A stretch of DNA of 49,949 bases. It comes from a virus. The translations under genes were made by a program, and so were the position numbers. Positions 1-9,462 of this stretch are shown here, one piece after another. Numbering within the stretch: the stretch's first letter is position 1; each line of letters opens with the position of its first letter. Below the pieces are notes generated by a model, which did no database searches, was not told the DNA's origin, and saw only the letters and a list, made by a program, of their open reading frames with translations. The DNA lies in the IMG/VR virus record IMGVR_UViG_3300044556_000087, positions 1 to 49,949 of that record; one strand, given 5' to 3'.

Positions 1-127
1 GGCGGATAGAGAAACGGTATGCCGAGTTACATCCGGACTTAGCCGAGGCGGATGCCCTGCTTCGAGGGTTGACCTATCTGAGACGGGCTGGCATCCGGAA
101 CGACGTATTAGAAAAACGATTTGATGA
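1..127. repeat. Left copy of an exact 127-bp terminal direct repeat (identical to 49823-49949); circular-assembly overlap
   Basis: ggcggatagagaaacggtatgccgag...aaaaacgatttgatga is present at both window ends; an ORF continues in frame across the junction. Confidence 0.95.
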
Positions 128-239
128 GGTAACGAATAATTGCGATGCGATGATCATTGCAAACCTTCCGTTTATGGAGGAAATATACGAACGAACAGGA
201 GTTGAGGCAAATGGAGGTCAAAGTAATAGTAGGGATTGA
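3..239 (+). CDS. Hypothetical protein, 3' part of a CDS spanning the circular junction (5' part is 49471..49949)
   Basis: Frame 3 is open from the window start to TGA at 237-239. It is in register with the open frame that leaves the window at 49949 through the 127-bp repeat. Confidence 0.6.
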   Translation, partial: RIEKRYAELHPDLAEADALLRGLTYLRRAGIRNDVLEKRFDEVTNNCDAMIIANLPFMEEIYERTGVEANGGQSNSRD

Positions 240-399
240 AAACATTTTACTGGCAATGGAGCGGCATGCGAGGCGGCACTCCCGATATTTAAAACGCCGG
301 TCCTGGCAGCGGTCCATCCGGCATGCTATTGCTAAGAGTCGGTGCCGGCATGCCCGGCGACTGAAGCAGACCGGGCAGCGGTTCAAAGGAGGCCGGTGA
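211..399 (+). CDS. Small arginine-rich hypothetical protein (62 aa)
   Basis: Internal ATG of track ORF 157..399. The stop is 2 nt before the next start at 402 (operon-like packing). Very basic composition; no recognisable domain. Confidence 0.3.
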   Translation: MEVKVIVGIENILLAMERHARRHSRYLKRRSWQRSIRHAIAKSRCRHARRLKQTGQRFKGGR

Positions 400-401
400 T
401 T

Positions 402-599
402 ATGGATGATAGCGAAGTTCATGTCCATCAGATGACCGATGAGGAAAAGGCGGAATACCAGAGGCGGAAAGAAGAGGAACGCCGGAAGTATCCGTGGCGC
501 TTCTGCGGCGGAAAATCCATCATGGAATGCGCGTCCTATGAGCATGAGAAGAAAGTCAATTTCGATGTGAAGTTAAAGAAGAGACGGAGATATCGATGA
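402..599 (+). CDS. Hypothetical protein (65 aa)
   Basis: ATG at 402 is preceded by aaaggagg (386-393). The stop overlaps the start of the next gene (ATGA at 596-599). The upstream part of track ORF 342..599 lacks an RBS. Confidence 0.5.
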   Translation: MDDSEVHVHQMTDEEKAEYQRRKEEERRKYPWRFCGGKSIMECASYEHEKKVNFDVKLKKRRRYR

Positions 600-1081
600 C
601 AGCAGAAGAGTATCTGAGCCAGTACCGGCAGGTACAGGCGGAGATTATCCAGAGGGATATCCTGATCAGGCGGATGAGACAGGAGATATTTGGCGGACCG
701 ACCGGCCGTGTGACGGCTGCCATCGATGGAGTCATGGGCGGGGCGACGGCTGGTGCGACGTGGGATGTACATGACCTGGAAGCGATGCAGGGCGAGCTTC
801 GTAAGCAGGAGCAGGCCGTGACGGAATTCCGGCGGTTCATGACTGTCGTTATCCGGCAGGTCAACCAGATAGAACGGCCGGACTTCAGGACCCTCCTGTA
901 TGGCCGGTACATCAATCTGCAGGATTGGCAGGAAATAGCGGATTGTCTGAGGTATTCGGCGGATTATGTGAGGAAAGAACTGAAAAACGCGGCGCTTGAT
1001 GAGTTTTCGTCCCGATTTTTCGATAAATTCTACAAAGTCCCCACAAATACCCCAGCATCCCCACCCCTTGACGTGGTATAA
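596..1081 (+). CDS. Late-gene transcriptional regulator, DUF1492 / sigma-70 region-4-like
   Basis: N-terminus MTAEEYLSQYRQVQAEI... and C-terminal HTH-like LLYGRYINLQDWQEIADCLRYSADYVRKELKNAAL match the architecture I recall for DUF1492 phage regulators. It sits immediately upstream of the terminase genes. Confidence 0.6.
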   Translation: MTAEEYLSQYRQVQAEIIQRDILIRRMRQEIFGGPTGRVTAAIDGVMGGATAGATWDVHDLEAMQGELRKQEQAVTEFRRFMTVVIRQVNQIERPDFRTLLYGRYINLQDWQEIADCLRYSADYVRKELKNAALDEFSSRFFDKFYKVPTNTPASPPLDVV

Positions 1082-1103
1082 TTAAAATATCAGATTAGGC
1101 AAT

Positions 1104-1166
1104 AAGGGAACTTTGCTGGTCTGTCTTTCCGGATGGAAGGACCGGCCCGCGGGTTCCCTTTTCTCA
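1104..1166 (+). terminator. Compound stem-loop terminator after the late regulator
   Basis: Outer stem aagggaac(1104-1111)/gttccctt(1153-1160), with an inner hairpin gtctttcc-ggat-ggaaggac, followed by ttttctc. Confidence 0.5.
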
Positions 1167-1263
1167 TGCATTACTTTATTGCATAGCTTAATTTTGAGAA
1201 TTTGAAAAATTTTAAGTTAAAATTGATTTATCTTATAATTTTTAGGTTCTTCCACAAAATAAG

Positions 1264-1290
1264 CGAGCCGCAGGGGTCGGCGCCACCCCG
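1264..1290. other. Candidate cos (cosN-like) GC island upstream of the small terminase
   Basis: gagccgcaggggtcggcgccaccccg is an isolated GC-rich, partly two-fold symmetric block (ggcgcc centre) inside an AT-rich intergenic region, 5' of a Nu1/GpA-type terminase pair. Assigned by position only. Confidence 0.25.
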
Positions 1291-1379
1291 ATAATTTTCT
1301 AGCTGTGAACTTTTTTCATTATTTGTTTGTCCTGAGTGCATACTTGTGCTAAAAACGCATGATTGGGAGGTGAAATGGA

Positions 1380-1889
1380 GTGAATGTATCGAAATGCTGG
1401 CGGGAATTAATCATCTCGCAGCGCGAATTTGCGAAAATCGTCGGTCTCACTCAGCAGCGCGTCTCCCAGATGTGCCGGGACGAGGAATTGGTCTGCGATG
1501 ATGAGGGCAAAATCCTCCTGACGCAGAGTCTGGTCTTCCTGCATCGGCAGGCAGCCGAGAAAAAGGGGGATGCAGAGGTTTCATATGACGAAGAAAAGGC
1601 CCTCCATGAAAAGGCCAAGCGCGAAATTGCAGAATTGAAGCTGGGAGAGCTGAAGAACGAGCTGCATAAGACATCGGATATTACGTATCTGGTGGGCAAT
1701 ATGGTCGTCGTTTTCCGTCGGACGCTCCTGGCACTGCCATCCAAGATGGCGACATCCCTTGCCGGGAAGACGCCGGAAGACATTAACGAGCTGCTGACGA
1801 AAGAAATCAACCGGGCGCTGAAGGAATTGTCAGAATTCGACGCGTCCAAGCTCGAAAACCTTGATGCGGGGGATGATAACGACGGCTAA
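1380..1889 (+). CDS. terS: Terminase small subunit (Nu1-like, N-terminal winged HTH)
   Basis: GTG start after gggaggtgaaatgga. N-terminal HTH ISQREFAKIVGLTQQRVSQMCRDE, a coiled-coil middle and an acidic tail. Overlaps the GpA-type large subunit gene. Confidence 0.7.
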   Translation: MNVSKCWRELIISQREFAKIVGLTQQRVSQMCRDEELVCDDEGKILLTQSLVFLHRQAAEKKGDAEVSYDEEKALHEKAKREIAELKLGELKNELHKTSDITYLVGNMVVVFRRTLLALPSKMATSLAGKTPEDINELLTKEINRALKELSEFDASKLENLDAGDDNDG

Positions 1890-3744
1890 GCACAATATCC
1901 CTCAGAAAACGATAGACCTGATGCAGGATATTCTGGCTGATGTGGCACCGCCTCCGCTCATGACGGTCTCTCAATGGGCAGATGAGTATCGGCAGATTCC
2001 GGCCGAGTATGGCGCAGATCCGGGCAAATGGGTGTCGAAAAATTACCAGATACCTATCATGGACGCGTTTACGTCGAAGGGCGTCACGAAAGTGGTCGCG
2101 ATGCTGGGCGCTCAGCTTGGGAAGTCTGAAATCCTGTTCAATCTGTTGGGCCGTTTCATCCATCTGGACCCGTGCCCGATGCTGATGGTTCAGCCGACCG
2201 TAGAGGACAGTAAAGACTTTTCAAAAGAACGTCTGACTCCGACGGTCGCCATGACGCCGGTCCTGGCTGACCGCATCCATGAGCAGAAATCCCGGAATGG
2301 CGATAACACCATCTTGAAAAAGCTCTTTCCAGGCGGGTATTTATCACTGGTCGGGTCCAATGCGCCGTCTGGCCTTGCAAAGCGGTCCATTCGTGTGCTG
2401 GTCTGCGACGAAGTAGACCGGTTTGCACCGTCAGCCGGTACTGAAGGCGACCCGGTCAACCTCGCTGAAAAGCGTACTTCGAATTTCTGGAACCGCATTA
2501 TTGGCCTGTTTTCGACACCCACAGACATTACGAGCCGCATCATGCGCGAATATATGCTGGGGAGTCAGGAAGAATGGCGGTATCAATGCCCGAACTGCGG
2601 TGAATGGCACTGGGTCACTATCGATGACATGAAATTCGAGTACGATGAATACGAAAAAGACGGTCAGAAGAGCTATGAAGTACATAATGTTTGGTGGGTA
2701 TGCCCCGATTGTGGCTTTAAATATACCGAAGCAGAGGTAAAAGCCAGTAATCAGGGCTATATTTGTCTCAACCCGGGCGTCACGTCGGTCCGGTCCTTCC
2801 ACGTAAACGCCTTTACATCGCCCTGGGTGCATTGGAATGACATCATCCGGGAGTATCTGGAAGCAAAAAACGACGAGGAATCGATGAAAACCTTCGTAAA
2901 TACCCGTTTGGCCGAGATTTACAATCCGGATAGCAGTATTAAGGACATTGAACCGCTCCTGGCAAGGCGTGAAACCTATAAAGCCGAGCTCCCGGACGGT
3001 GTTTTGCTCCTCACGGCTGCCGTTGATACGCAGGATGACCGTCTGGAATACGAAATTGCCGGATGGGGACGAGGAGAAGAGCGCTGGGGCATTGAAAAAG
3101 GTATCCTGCTAGGCGTTCCGGATGCCAACTCGAATGTCTGGTCCGACTTGGACCGGCTGCTGGCACGGGAATTCACGTTTTCCGATGGCCGGACGCTCAA
3201 AGTGGCTCGGACGTTCATCGACTCCGGCGGCCACTACACCGAAGAGGTCTATCAGTACTGTCAGGATAGGCAGTATCTGCAGCGTTTCGCCATCCGTGGT
3301 GCTCATGAGTTCGGTGTTCCGCTCCTGTATAAGCCAGCGAAGGCGACGAACTTCCCAGGACTGCTGCTGACGCTCTTAGGCGTCAACGATGGTAAGGAAT
3401 ATATCCTGCAAAGGCTGAAAAACGTGACGGCTGCCGGTCCGCAGTACATGCATTTCCCGGATGACGATGAACGAGGCTACGACAGACGGTATTTCCGGGG
3501 GCTATTAGCCGAAAAGCTGGTCCTCGAGAAGAGCCGGGGCCGGGTCGTTAAGAAATGGAAGAACGTGGCCCCGGACGGCCGTAACGAACCGATTGACCTT
3601 CAGGTCTATAACTTAGCCTGTATGCGTTCAATTCGGCCGGACTGGAAAGCGTATGAAGAGGCTATTAACGGAGTGCCGGCAGCGGTACAACAGAAAACAG
3701 CGAAAAAACAGTATGGATGCGTACGGAAAGGGGTGGTCGTATGA
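1861..3744 (+). CDS. terL: Terminase large subunit, lambda GpA family
   Basis: VSQWADEYRQIPAEYGADPGKW, Walker A-like GAQLGKSE, VCDEVDRF and a CPNCGEW...CPDCG zinc ribbon are typical of Terminase_GpA. The start is TTG 1861 or ATG 1864. Confidence 0.9.
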   Translation: MMRGMITTAKHNIPQKTIDLMQDILADVAPPPLMTVSQWADEYRQIPAEYGADPGKWVSKNYQIPIMDAFTSKGVTKVVAMLGAQLGKSEILFNLLGRFIHLDPCPMLMVQPTVEDSKDFSKERLTPTVAMTPVLADRIHEQKSRNGDNTILKKLFPGGYLSLVGSNAPSGLAKRSIRVLVCDEVDRFAPSAGTEGDPVNLAEKRTSNFWNRIIGLFSTPTDITSRIMREYMLGSQEEWRYQCPNCGEWHWVTIDDMKFEYDEYEKDGQKSYEVHNVWWVCPDCGFKYTEAEVKASNQGYICLNPGVTSVRSFHVNAFTSPWVHWNDIIREYLEAKNDEESMKTFVNTRLAEIYNPDSSIKDIEPLLARRETYKAELPDGVLLLTAAVDTQDDRLEYEIAGWGRGEERWGIEKGILLGVPDANSNVWSDLDRLLAREFTFSDGRTLKVARTFIDSGGHYTEEVYQYCQDRQYLQRFAIRGAHEFGVPLLYKPAKATNFPGLLLTLLGVNDGKEYILQRLKNVTAAGPQYMHFPDDDERGYDRRYFRGLLAEKLVLEKSRGRVVKKWKNVAPDGRNEPIDLQVYNLACMRSIRPDWKAYEEAINGVPAAVQQKTAKKQYGCVRKGVVV

Positions 3745-3977
3745 GTGACACGGTACAGCAGGCCCGGCTGAGGTCCCTGATCGAGGCCGAAAAGAAGGTC
3801 CTGACTGCGCAGGAATGGCAGAACGGCACAATTAAGAACCGCCGGGCCGATTATCAGCAAATCCGTAAGGCTATCGATGAATTACGGTCCGCAGGAGTCA
3901 TGCTTCCGGAGGAAACGGCCGGAACCGCGCAGTCTGCGACGGGAGCCCGGACGAAACGTATCATTTTATTAGATTGA
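3741..3977 (+). CDS. gpW-like head-tail joining / head completion protein
   Basis: ATG 3741 overlaps the terL stop (ATGA). 78 aa, located between GpA terminase and lambda-type portal exactly as lambda W. Weak motif resemblance only. Confidence 0.5.
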   Translation: MSDTVQQARLRSLIEAEKKVLTAQEWQNGTIKNRRADYQQIRKAIDELRSAGVMLPEETAGTAQSATGARTKRIILLD

Positions 3978-3987
3978 GAGGTGTGAA

Positions 3988-5649
3988 ATGGGAAAGAAAA
4001 AACGTAAGCACAGTAAAATGGCGAGGATGCCTACGGAAAAGACGCTGAACATCACACGAAAGGCCGTACGGAACTCCGGGTACTCTGAATCGGGTGCATC
4101 CTTCCGGAGAGGCAGTCTGGCTGCCTGGAGCCCGGTCAAGTCGTCTCCACAGAGCGACATTGATGCCAATCTGGGCGTCCTGCGGGGCCGGTCCTCAGAC
4201 CTCGTACTGGGTACGCCGGTGGCATCGGCTGCCATCAACACGTCCCGGACCAACATTGTCGGTGCCGGCCTTAAAGTAGCGCCTCGTCCTGTGTATCGGC
4301 AGCTGGGATTGACCGCAGAGCAGGCCGAACAATGGAGCCGGCAGGTAAAAGCCGAGTTTAACTTGTGGGCGTCATCTACGGAATGCGATATCTTCGGTCG
4401 GAACAACTTTTATGACATGCAGGACATCGCCTACATGGGCTATGCCATAGATGGTGATTCCTTTGCATTGTTTAAGTACCGGCCGACAGGGCCCCTGATG
4501 CCCTATTCCCTGCGTATCCAGCTCGTCGAAGCGGCGCGGATAAGCAATCCATGGGCTATCAATACTGATGGCATCACATTGCCAGGCAACGTCGTTATGC
4601 ATAACACCAACAACGGCAATCGCATTGTCAATGGGGTGGAAATTGACGATGACGGCAAAGTTGTTGCCTACTACGTAGCCAATCGGTACAGTTACGACCC
4701 GGCTAATATGTATAAGGCGCAGACCTGGGCACGGGTCGAAGCCCGGAGTGCTCAGACGGGGATGCCGAACATTCTGCAGATCTGTCACGATGAACGTGCT
4801 GAACAATATCGCGGTGTACCTAAGCTAGCACCCGTCATTGAAACCATCAAGCAGACTGGGCGCTACACCAATGCCGAATTGACGGCAGCTATCATCAAGG
4901 CTTACTTCACGATGTTCATTAAGGAGACAGCGGACCATGAAACGGGCGATATCCCGATTTCCGACTTGATGAACGGAACGAATAAGCAGTTGCCAGCGCT
5001 GGACCCGAACAGTATTGCTATCGGCCCTGGGACGGTCAATATGCTGCCGCAGGGGTATGACATTACGTCTGTGGACCCGCAACGGTCTCTGTCTACGTTT
5101 GAGCCGTTTGTCAAAGAGCTGACGAAGCAGATCGGCGCATCGCTTGGCATTCCTTACGAAGTGTTGATGAAGTCGTTCAATTCCAGTTATACCGCCAGCA
5201 GGGCTGCCCTCCTGCAGGCCTGGTCCGAATTCAAAATGCGTCGGGTCTGGTTCTCCCGTGATTTTTGCCAGCCGGTCTATGAGGCCTGGCTATCGGAGGC
5301 TATTGTCCGCGGGCGTGTATGGGCCCCGGGTTTCTTCACGGACCCGATTAAGAGGGCTGCCTGGTGCAATTCCGAATGGTTCGGGCCGGTCATGGGCGTT
5401 CTGGATCCCGTGAAGGAAGCGCAGAGTGCACAGCTTCGCATCCTGTTCGGGCTCAGTACTCGTGAAAAGGAAGCAGCCGAAATGACGGGGACCAGCTGGG
5501 ATGAAAACATTGAACGGCTGGCTATCGAAAATGGTCGTCTGGATGCGCATCAGCTGCCGGTCTATCCGGCAATCAATGGCAACGGTGAGGCACCAGCTGA
5601 ACCGGGAACAGGGCCGGTCACACCGGCAGAAGGAGGTACACAACAGTGA
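3988..5649 (+). CDS. Portal protein, lambda (gpB) family
   Basis: 553 aa. NGVEIDDDGKVVAYYV and IGASLGIPYEVLMKSFNSSYTASRAALLQAWSEFKMRRVWF are characteristic of Phage_portal_2. Synteny supports the call. Confidence 0.9.
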   Translation: MGKKKRKHSKMARMPTEKTLNITRKAVRNSGYSESGASFRRGSLAAWSPVKSSPQSDIDANLGVLRGRSSDLVLGTPVASAAINTSRTNIVGAGLKVAPRPVYRQLGLTAEQAEQWSRQVKAEFNLWASSTECDIFGRNNFYDMQDIAYMGYAIDGDSFALFKYRPTGPLMPYSLRIQLVEAARISNPWAINTDGITLPGNVVMHNTNNGNRIVNGVEIDDDGKVVAYYVANRYSYDPANMYKAQTWARVEARSAQTGMPNILQICHDERAEQYRGVPKLAPVIETIKQTGRYTNAELTAAIIKAYFTMFIKETADHETGDIPISDLMNGTNKQLPALDPNSIAIGPGTVNMLPQGYDITSVDPQRSLSTFEPFVKELTKQIGASLGIPYEVLMKSFNSSYTASRAALLQAWSEFKMRRVWFSRDFCQPVYEAWLSEAIVRGRVWAPGFFTDPIKRAAWCNSEWFGPVMGVLDPVKEAQSAQLRILFGLSTREKEAAEMTGTSWDENIERLAIENGRLDAHQLPVYPAINGNGEAPAEPGTGPVTPAEGGTQQ

Positions 5650-6746
5650 AATTCTGGAATTTTACCCCGAGTGATACAGAGCCGGATGATGTGGCCCTGC
5701 GGATTGATGGGGATTTGGTAGACGATGAGGATGCCTGGATCTACGAATGGCTCGACCTTCCGTGTTCTTCGCCGAATACTTTTCGGCAGGAGCTGGAAAG
5801 TTACGCCGGGAAGAACCTGACCGTCACCATCGACAGTTACGGTGGCAGCGTTTACGCCGGTACGGGCATCTACAATGCTTTGATGGAGCACCGGGCTAAT
5901 GGCGGCCATGTCACGACAATCGGTGACACAAAGGTCATGAGCGCAGCGACGGTCGTCTTCATGGCCGGCGAAGAACGTAAGCTGGCTCCGGGCTGTGTCT
6001 TTATGGTCCACAATCCCTTGACGGGTGCTAATGGGTATGCCTCGGACCTGCGGCACACCGCGGACGTCCTTGACGAAATCAAGGAATCCATCCTCAATGC
6101 CTATGAGCTGGGGACCGGCCGTAATCGTCAGGAATTGTCAGATTTGATGGATGCTGAAACGTACATGAGTGCTCAGACAGCCATCGATAATGGCTTTGCG
6201 ACGGGCATGCTGTACACGGATGTACAGAACAGCGCCCCGCATCGGGTCGATTTTAATCGTCAGAGATTCGTCAGTTTCGCGGCCAAGGATTTGAATGAAG
6301 CGAAACGAATTTTAGGAAAAACGAACAAAGGAGAGAAGAAGATGGATGAAAAAAAGGTAACAGTCGCCGAATTAGAAGCTAATTACGGTGACCAGGTAGC
6401 GGAAATCCGCAATGCAGCCATTGCCGGTGAACGGGCTCGTATGAGTGCTCTTGATGCGCTGGATGATGGCTCCGAACAGGTACATAAGATTATCATGCAT
6501 GCTAAGGAAAGCGGTCAGACGGCTGAAGATGTGCAGTTTTTCGTCGATACGGCCAAGGAAGCAGCTCCTGCAAAGGAACCTGTAAACGAAGGTCAGGTCT
6601 TCATGAAGAACCTTATCGAAGACAACGCTAAAAGCGGTGTGAACGACGTAAAAGGTGGCGCAGTTGTTGATGCGGGCGCTCAGGACGACGCTGAACGCAA
6701 ATCCTTTCTCGATATGCTCAACGCTCAGGTAGGAGGTAGAAAATAA
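5646..6746 (+). CDS. Prohead protease (ClpP/S14-type) fused to a C-terminal scaffold region
   Basis: TIDSYGGSVYAGTGIYNALMEH...VMSAATVVFMAGEERKLAPGCVFMVHNP is a ClpP-like serine protease core. The C-terminal half is charged and helical (scaffold-like), matching the lambda C/Nu3 arrangement. Confidence 0.85.
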   Translation: MKFWNFTPSDTEPDDVALRIDGDLVDDEDAWIYEWLDLPCSSPNTFRQELESYAGKNLTVTIDSYGGSVYAGTGIYNALMEHRANGGHVTTIGDTKVMSAATVVFMAGEERKLAPGCVFMVHNPLTGANGYASDLRHTADVLDEIKESILNAYELGTGRNRQELSDLMDAETYMSAQTAIDNGFATGMLYTDVQNSAPHRVDFNRQRFVSFAAKDLNEAKRILGKTNKGEKKMDEKKVTVAELEANYGDQVAEIRNAAIAGERARMSALDALDDGSEQVHKIIMHAKESGQTAEDVQFFVDTAKEAAPAKEPVNEGQVFMKNLIEDNAKSGVNDVKGGAVVDAGAQDDAERKSFLDMLNAQVGGRK

Positions 6747-7120
6747 TGGCGGAATTAGTACAGAACGTAAGCACACAGGAATATGAGGGCCTGATTGGCG
6801 GGACCTATCCGCACATCATCACGGCAGGCGCAACAATCGTAGCTAAGGCCGGCGCCCTCAAACGTGGTACTGTCCTTGGTAAAATTACAGCTAGTGGTAA
6901 ATACACTATCGCAAATAGCGCTAATACCGATGGCTCTCAGACAGGCAGTGCTATCCTGATTAACGATGTAGACGCTTCCGGCAGCTCCGATGTGACTGCG
7001 GAAGTCTATGTTTCGGGTATGTTCAACGCCGATAAGCTCATTTTCGGCGGCTCTGATACGCGGGCCAAGCAGGAAGACAATCTCCGTCTTCACGACATTT
7101 ATTTAACCGTAGAAAAATAG
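6746..7120 (+). CDS. Head decoration protein (lambda gpD-like)
   Basis: 124 aa, between protease/scaffold and an E-type capsid gene. Gly/Ala/Thr-rich sequence ending ...VYVSGMFNADKLIFGG resembles the HDPD family. Confidence 0.7.
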   Translation: MAELVQNVSTQEYEGLIGGTYPHIITAGATIVAKAGALKRGTVLGKITASGKYTIANSANTDGSQTGSAILINDVDASGSSDVTAEVYVSGMFNADKLIFGGSDTRAKQEDNLRLHDIYLTVEK

Positions 7121-7133
7121 GAGGCTATAAATC

Positions 7134-8189
7134 ATGGCAATTGATTACACAAACACCTTTGAGCTTCTCCAGGCGATTGACCGTATGTACCGCCCGACTA
7201 CTCTTTTCAGAGATACGTTTTTCGGTACAGAACAGACATTTGCCAGTGAATCCGTTCTGATGGATTACCGTAAAGGAAGCCGTAAAATGGCGCCTTTTGT
7301 GTCCCGTAACGGCGGCGCGGTCAACGTAATCCGTGATGGGTTTACCACTAAGCAGTACACCCCGCCTATGATGGCACCGGCACGGGTAACGACTATCGGC
7401 GATATCGAAAAACGCGGATTCGGCGAATCGGTCATTTCTACCCGTACAGCATCCGCCCGTGAACAGGAAATCGCCGCCCGCGACATCGTAGAACTCATGG
7501 ATATGGACGTACGCCGTATTGAATGGATGTGTGTCCAGACTATGCTGTATGCCGGATTTACCGTAAGCGGTACGACCAATGACGGCTCTATCGATATCAT
7601 CGACAATGTATCTTTTGGCGAATTTACGCATAAGAAGACACTGAGCGGTACAGATATGTGGAGCAACACTGGGGCTGATATTTATGGCTGCCTGAAAGAC
7701 ATGTATCAGACTGTGGCTACCGATAGCGGCCGTGCGCCGTCCGTGCTCATCACGACATCGAAAACCATTTCCTACATGTTGAAAAATGAAGATCTGATGA
7801 AATATCTGCTCCGCCCATCGGACCAGTTGAAGGTAGCTACCTTTGCGCCCCGTATCGAAAGCGACGCTGTGACGAATGTCGGCACGTTCCTCGATATGAA
7901 CGGCCTGCAGGTATACGCATATGACGGTGTGTACGAAGACGAAGAAGGGAAGCTTCAGAAGTATATCCCCGATGGCTACGTCATCATGGCACGCAGAAGC
8001 CTGGGCTCTCAGCTCTTTGGCGCCATTACCCAGTTAGAAAAGGACGGCTCCTTCCAGACGTATGAAGGCGCATTCGTTCCTAAAGTATGGGATGACATGA
8101 ACAGCGATACGAAACGAATCCGCCTGGCTACACGGTGCGTACCGAAACCGGACTGCGTAGACGACTGGTTCACCCTGAAGGCTTATTGA
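7134..8189 (+). CDS. Major capsid protein, lambda gpE family
   Basis: 351 aa. N-terminal LFRDTFFG...VLMDYRKGSRKMAPFVSRNGGAVNV is typical of Phage_cap_E. RBS ggaggctataaatc precedes the ATG. Confidence 0.9.
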   Translation: MAIDYTNTFELLQAIDRMYRPTTLFRDTFFGTEQTFASESVLMDYRKGSRKMAPFVSRNGGAVNVIRDGFTTKQYTPPMMAPARVTTIGDIEKRGFGESVISTRTASAREQEIAARDIVELMDMDVRRIEWMCVQTMLYAGFTVSGTTNDGSIDIIDNVSFGEFTHKKTLSGTDMWSNTGADIYGCLKDMYQTVATDSGRAPSVLITTSKTISYMLKNEDLMKYLLRPSDQLKVATFAPRIESDAVTNVGTFLDMNGLQVYAYDGVYEDEEGKLQKYIPDGYVIMARRSLGSQLFGAITQLEKDGSFQTYEGAFVPKVWDDMNSDTKRIRLATRCVPKPDCVDDWFTLKAY

Positions 8190-8198
8190 TCTGTTGCA

Positions 8199-8221
8199 GG
8201 GCGTCGCGATACACGACGCCC
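8199..8221 (+). other. Stem-loop just downstream of the capsid gene
   Basis: gggcgtcg-cgataca-cgacgccc, an 8-bp perfect stem with no U tract after it. Confidence 0.3.
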
Positions 8222-8247
8222 TTAACCACATGATGGAGGAAATCGAT

Positions 8248-8481
8248 ATGGATTTAATCGTGAAACGATATACATTGCGCCATAATGGCGTTGATTATGC
8301 GCCGGGTACTCTTTTAAAGAACATCCCGGACGATGAAGCAGCGGAAATCATCCGTGTCGCTGACGGGGATGTAGAAGCGCTTAAAACGGAAGCTGTAGCA
8401 GAAGAAAGCACGCCATCAGCCAGTACTGATAAGGGACTGCCGCCGGTAGATCCGAAAGCTACAGTGGGCCGTAAGAAATAG
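8248..8481 (+). CDS. Hypothetical head protein (lambda Fi position)
   Basis: ATG 8248 lies 8 nt after ggagg (8235-8239). 77 aa. The upstream part of track ORF 8194..8481 covers the hairpin. Confidence 0.5.
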   Translation: MDLIVKRYTLRHNGVDYAPGTLLKNIPDDEAAEIIRVADGDVEALKTEAVAEESTPSASTDKGLPPVDPKATVGRKK

Positions 8482-8482
8482 C

Positions 8483-8839
8483 ATGGCCCTGACAGACTGG
8501 ATACAGGATGACATCGGGGACCTGTTCGAGGATGTCAGCGAGGCGGCGGTATACATATCACAGGGCAATAAAAAGGATGTCCAGGTCATCGCTGAAATAG
8601 GCGTTAACGACACATCCAGGAATGCCCATGATAAGAACCGGAGCTATGGTGATGCGTCCTTTACAGTCCTTGACGACGCTGATAATGGAATAACCGAACC
8701 TCATGCCGGCGATGAGATTCAATTCCATGGTACGACCTATACATTTGTCAGCGTAGAACAGCATAATCCCGGTGCTGTATGGCGCCTGAGATTCGTTATG
8801 CATGAGTCTGCGATGGATTATGGGTCCATGTGGGGGTAG
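8483..8839 (+). CDS. Head-tail joining protein (lambda FII position)
   Basis: 118 aa (lambda FII is about the same size). Tight packing and synteny only. Confidence 0.5.
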   Translation: MALTDWIQDDIGDLFEDVSEAAVYISQGNKKDVQVIAEIGVNDTSRNAHDKNRSYGDASFTVLDDADNGITEPHAGDEIQFHGTTYTFVSVEQHNPGAVWRLRFVMHESAMDYGSMWG

Positions 8840-9445
8840 GTGACAGAAATGGACATACGGCTTGAGTATGAAGACATGGCCACGCCTTTCATGAAACAGC
8901 TCGTAGAAAATAATCCGAAATGGATTGCATCGGCATTGAAATCAGCGGCGTATTATTCGCAGAAAGCTATCAAGGAAGGTATCCGGTCAGAGGCTCCAGG
9001 CGGGCAGGCGTACGCTCCTCATGTCCTGGATGACTGGCACCGGGCAAAACTGGAACGGGCTCTCAACGGATGGAATGAAAAGAAATATCCGATTATGGGC
9101 AAATTGCGGCAGGCTGTCGGCTATGATAAGAGCCACGCCGATGAAGGCGTGGTAACTGTTGGCTGGCTCAGCCATTCCGCAGCGTATCTGGGCCGTAAAC
9201 AGCAGGCCGGGTATGCGACACCTATGACGGACCGTATGCGCAAGGCGTTCTTTGCGGCGGGCCTGCATCCGTCATCGTCTAAACTCATGATTACTACCCA
9301 GCCCCGGCAGACGTTCGCGCCGATGGCGCCACGTGTACAGGAAGTGGCATCCGCTGTCATGCAGCGGAAAATTATTTCATACATCAACGGCAGTCAGGAA
9401 CGGAGCGCGGCATCTGGCAAACGGGTATACCGTGTCTATAAATGA
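8840..9445 (+). CDS. Tail completion / minor tail protein (lambda Z position)
   Basis: 201 aa. GTG 8840 abuts the previous stop, with an alternative ATG at 8849. Assigned by synteny. Confidence 0.45.
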   Translation: MTEMDIRLEYEDMATPFMKQLVENNPKWIASALKSAAYYSQKAIKEGIRSEAPGGQAYAPHVLDDWHRAKLERALNGWNEKKYPIMGKLRQAVGYDKSHADEGVVTVGWLSHSAAYLGRKQQAGYATPMTDRMRKAFFAAGLHPSSSKLMITTQPRQTFAPMAPRVQEVASAVMQRKIISYINGSQERSAASGKRVYRVYK

Positions 9446-9462
9446 CAGGGAGGTAAATCAAT

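Noticed and set aside
1-127. A genuine virion direct terminal repeat (T7/T5-style)
   Set aside because: A gene reads through the junction in frame, and the terminase is lambda GpA/Nu1-type (cos). The exact short overlap is better explained as a circular-contig artefact. Read-start data are still needed.
8199-8221. An intrinsic terminator after the capsid gene
   Set aside because: The 8-bp GC stem is real, but no U tract follows. I kept it only as a possible stabilising or attenuating stem-loop.
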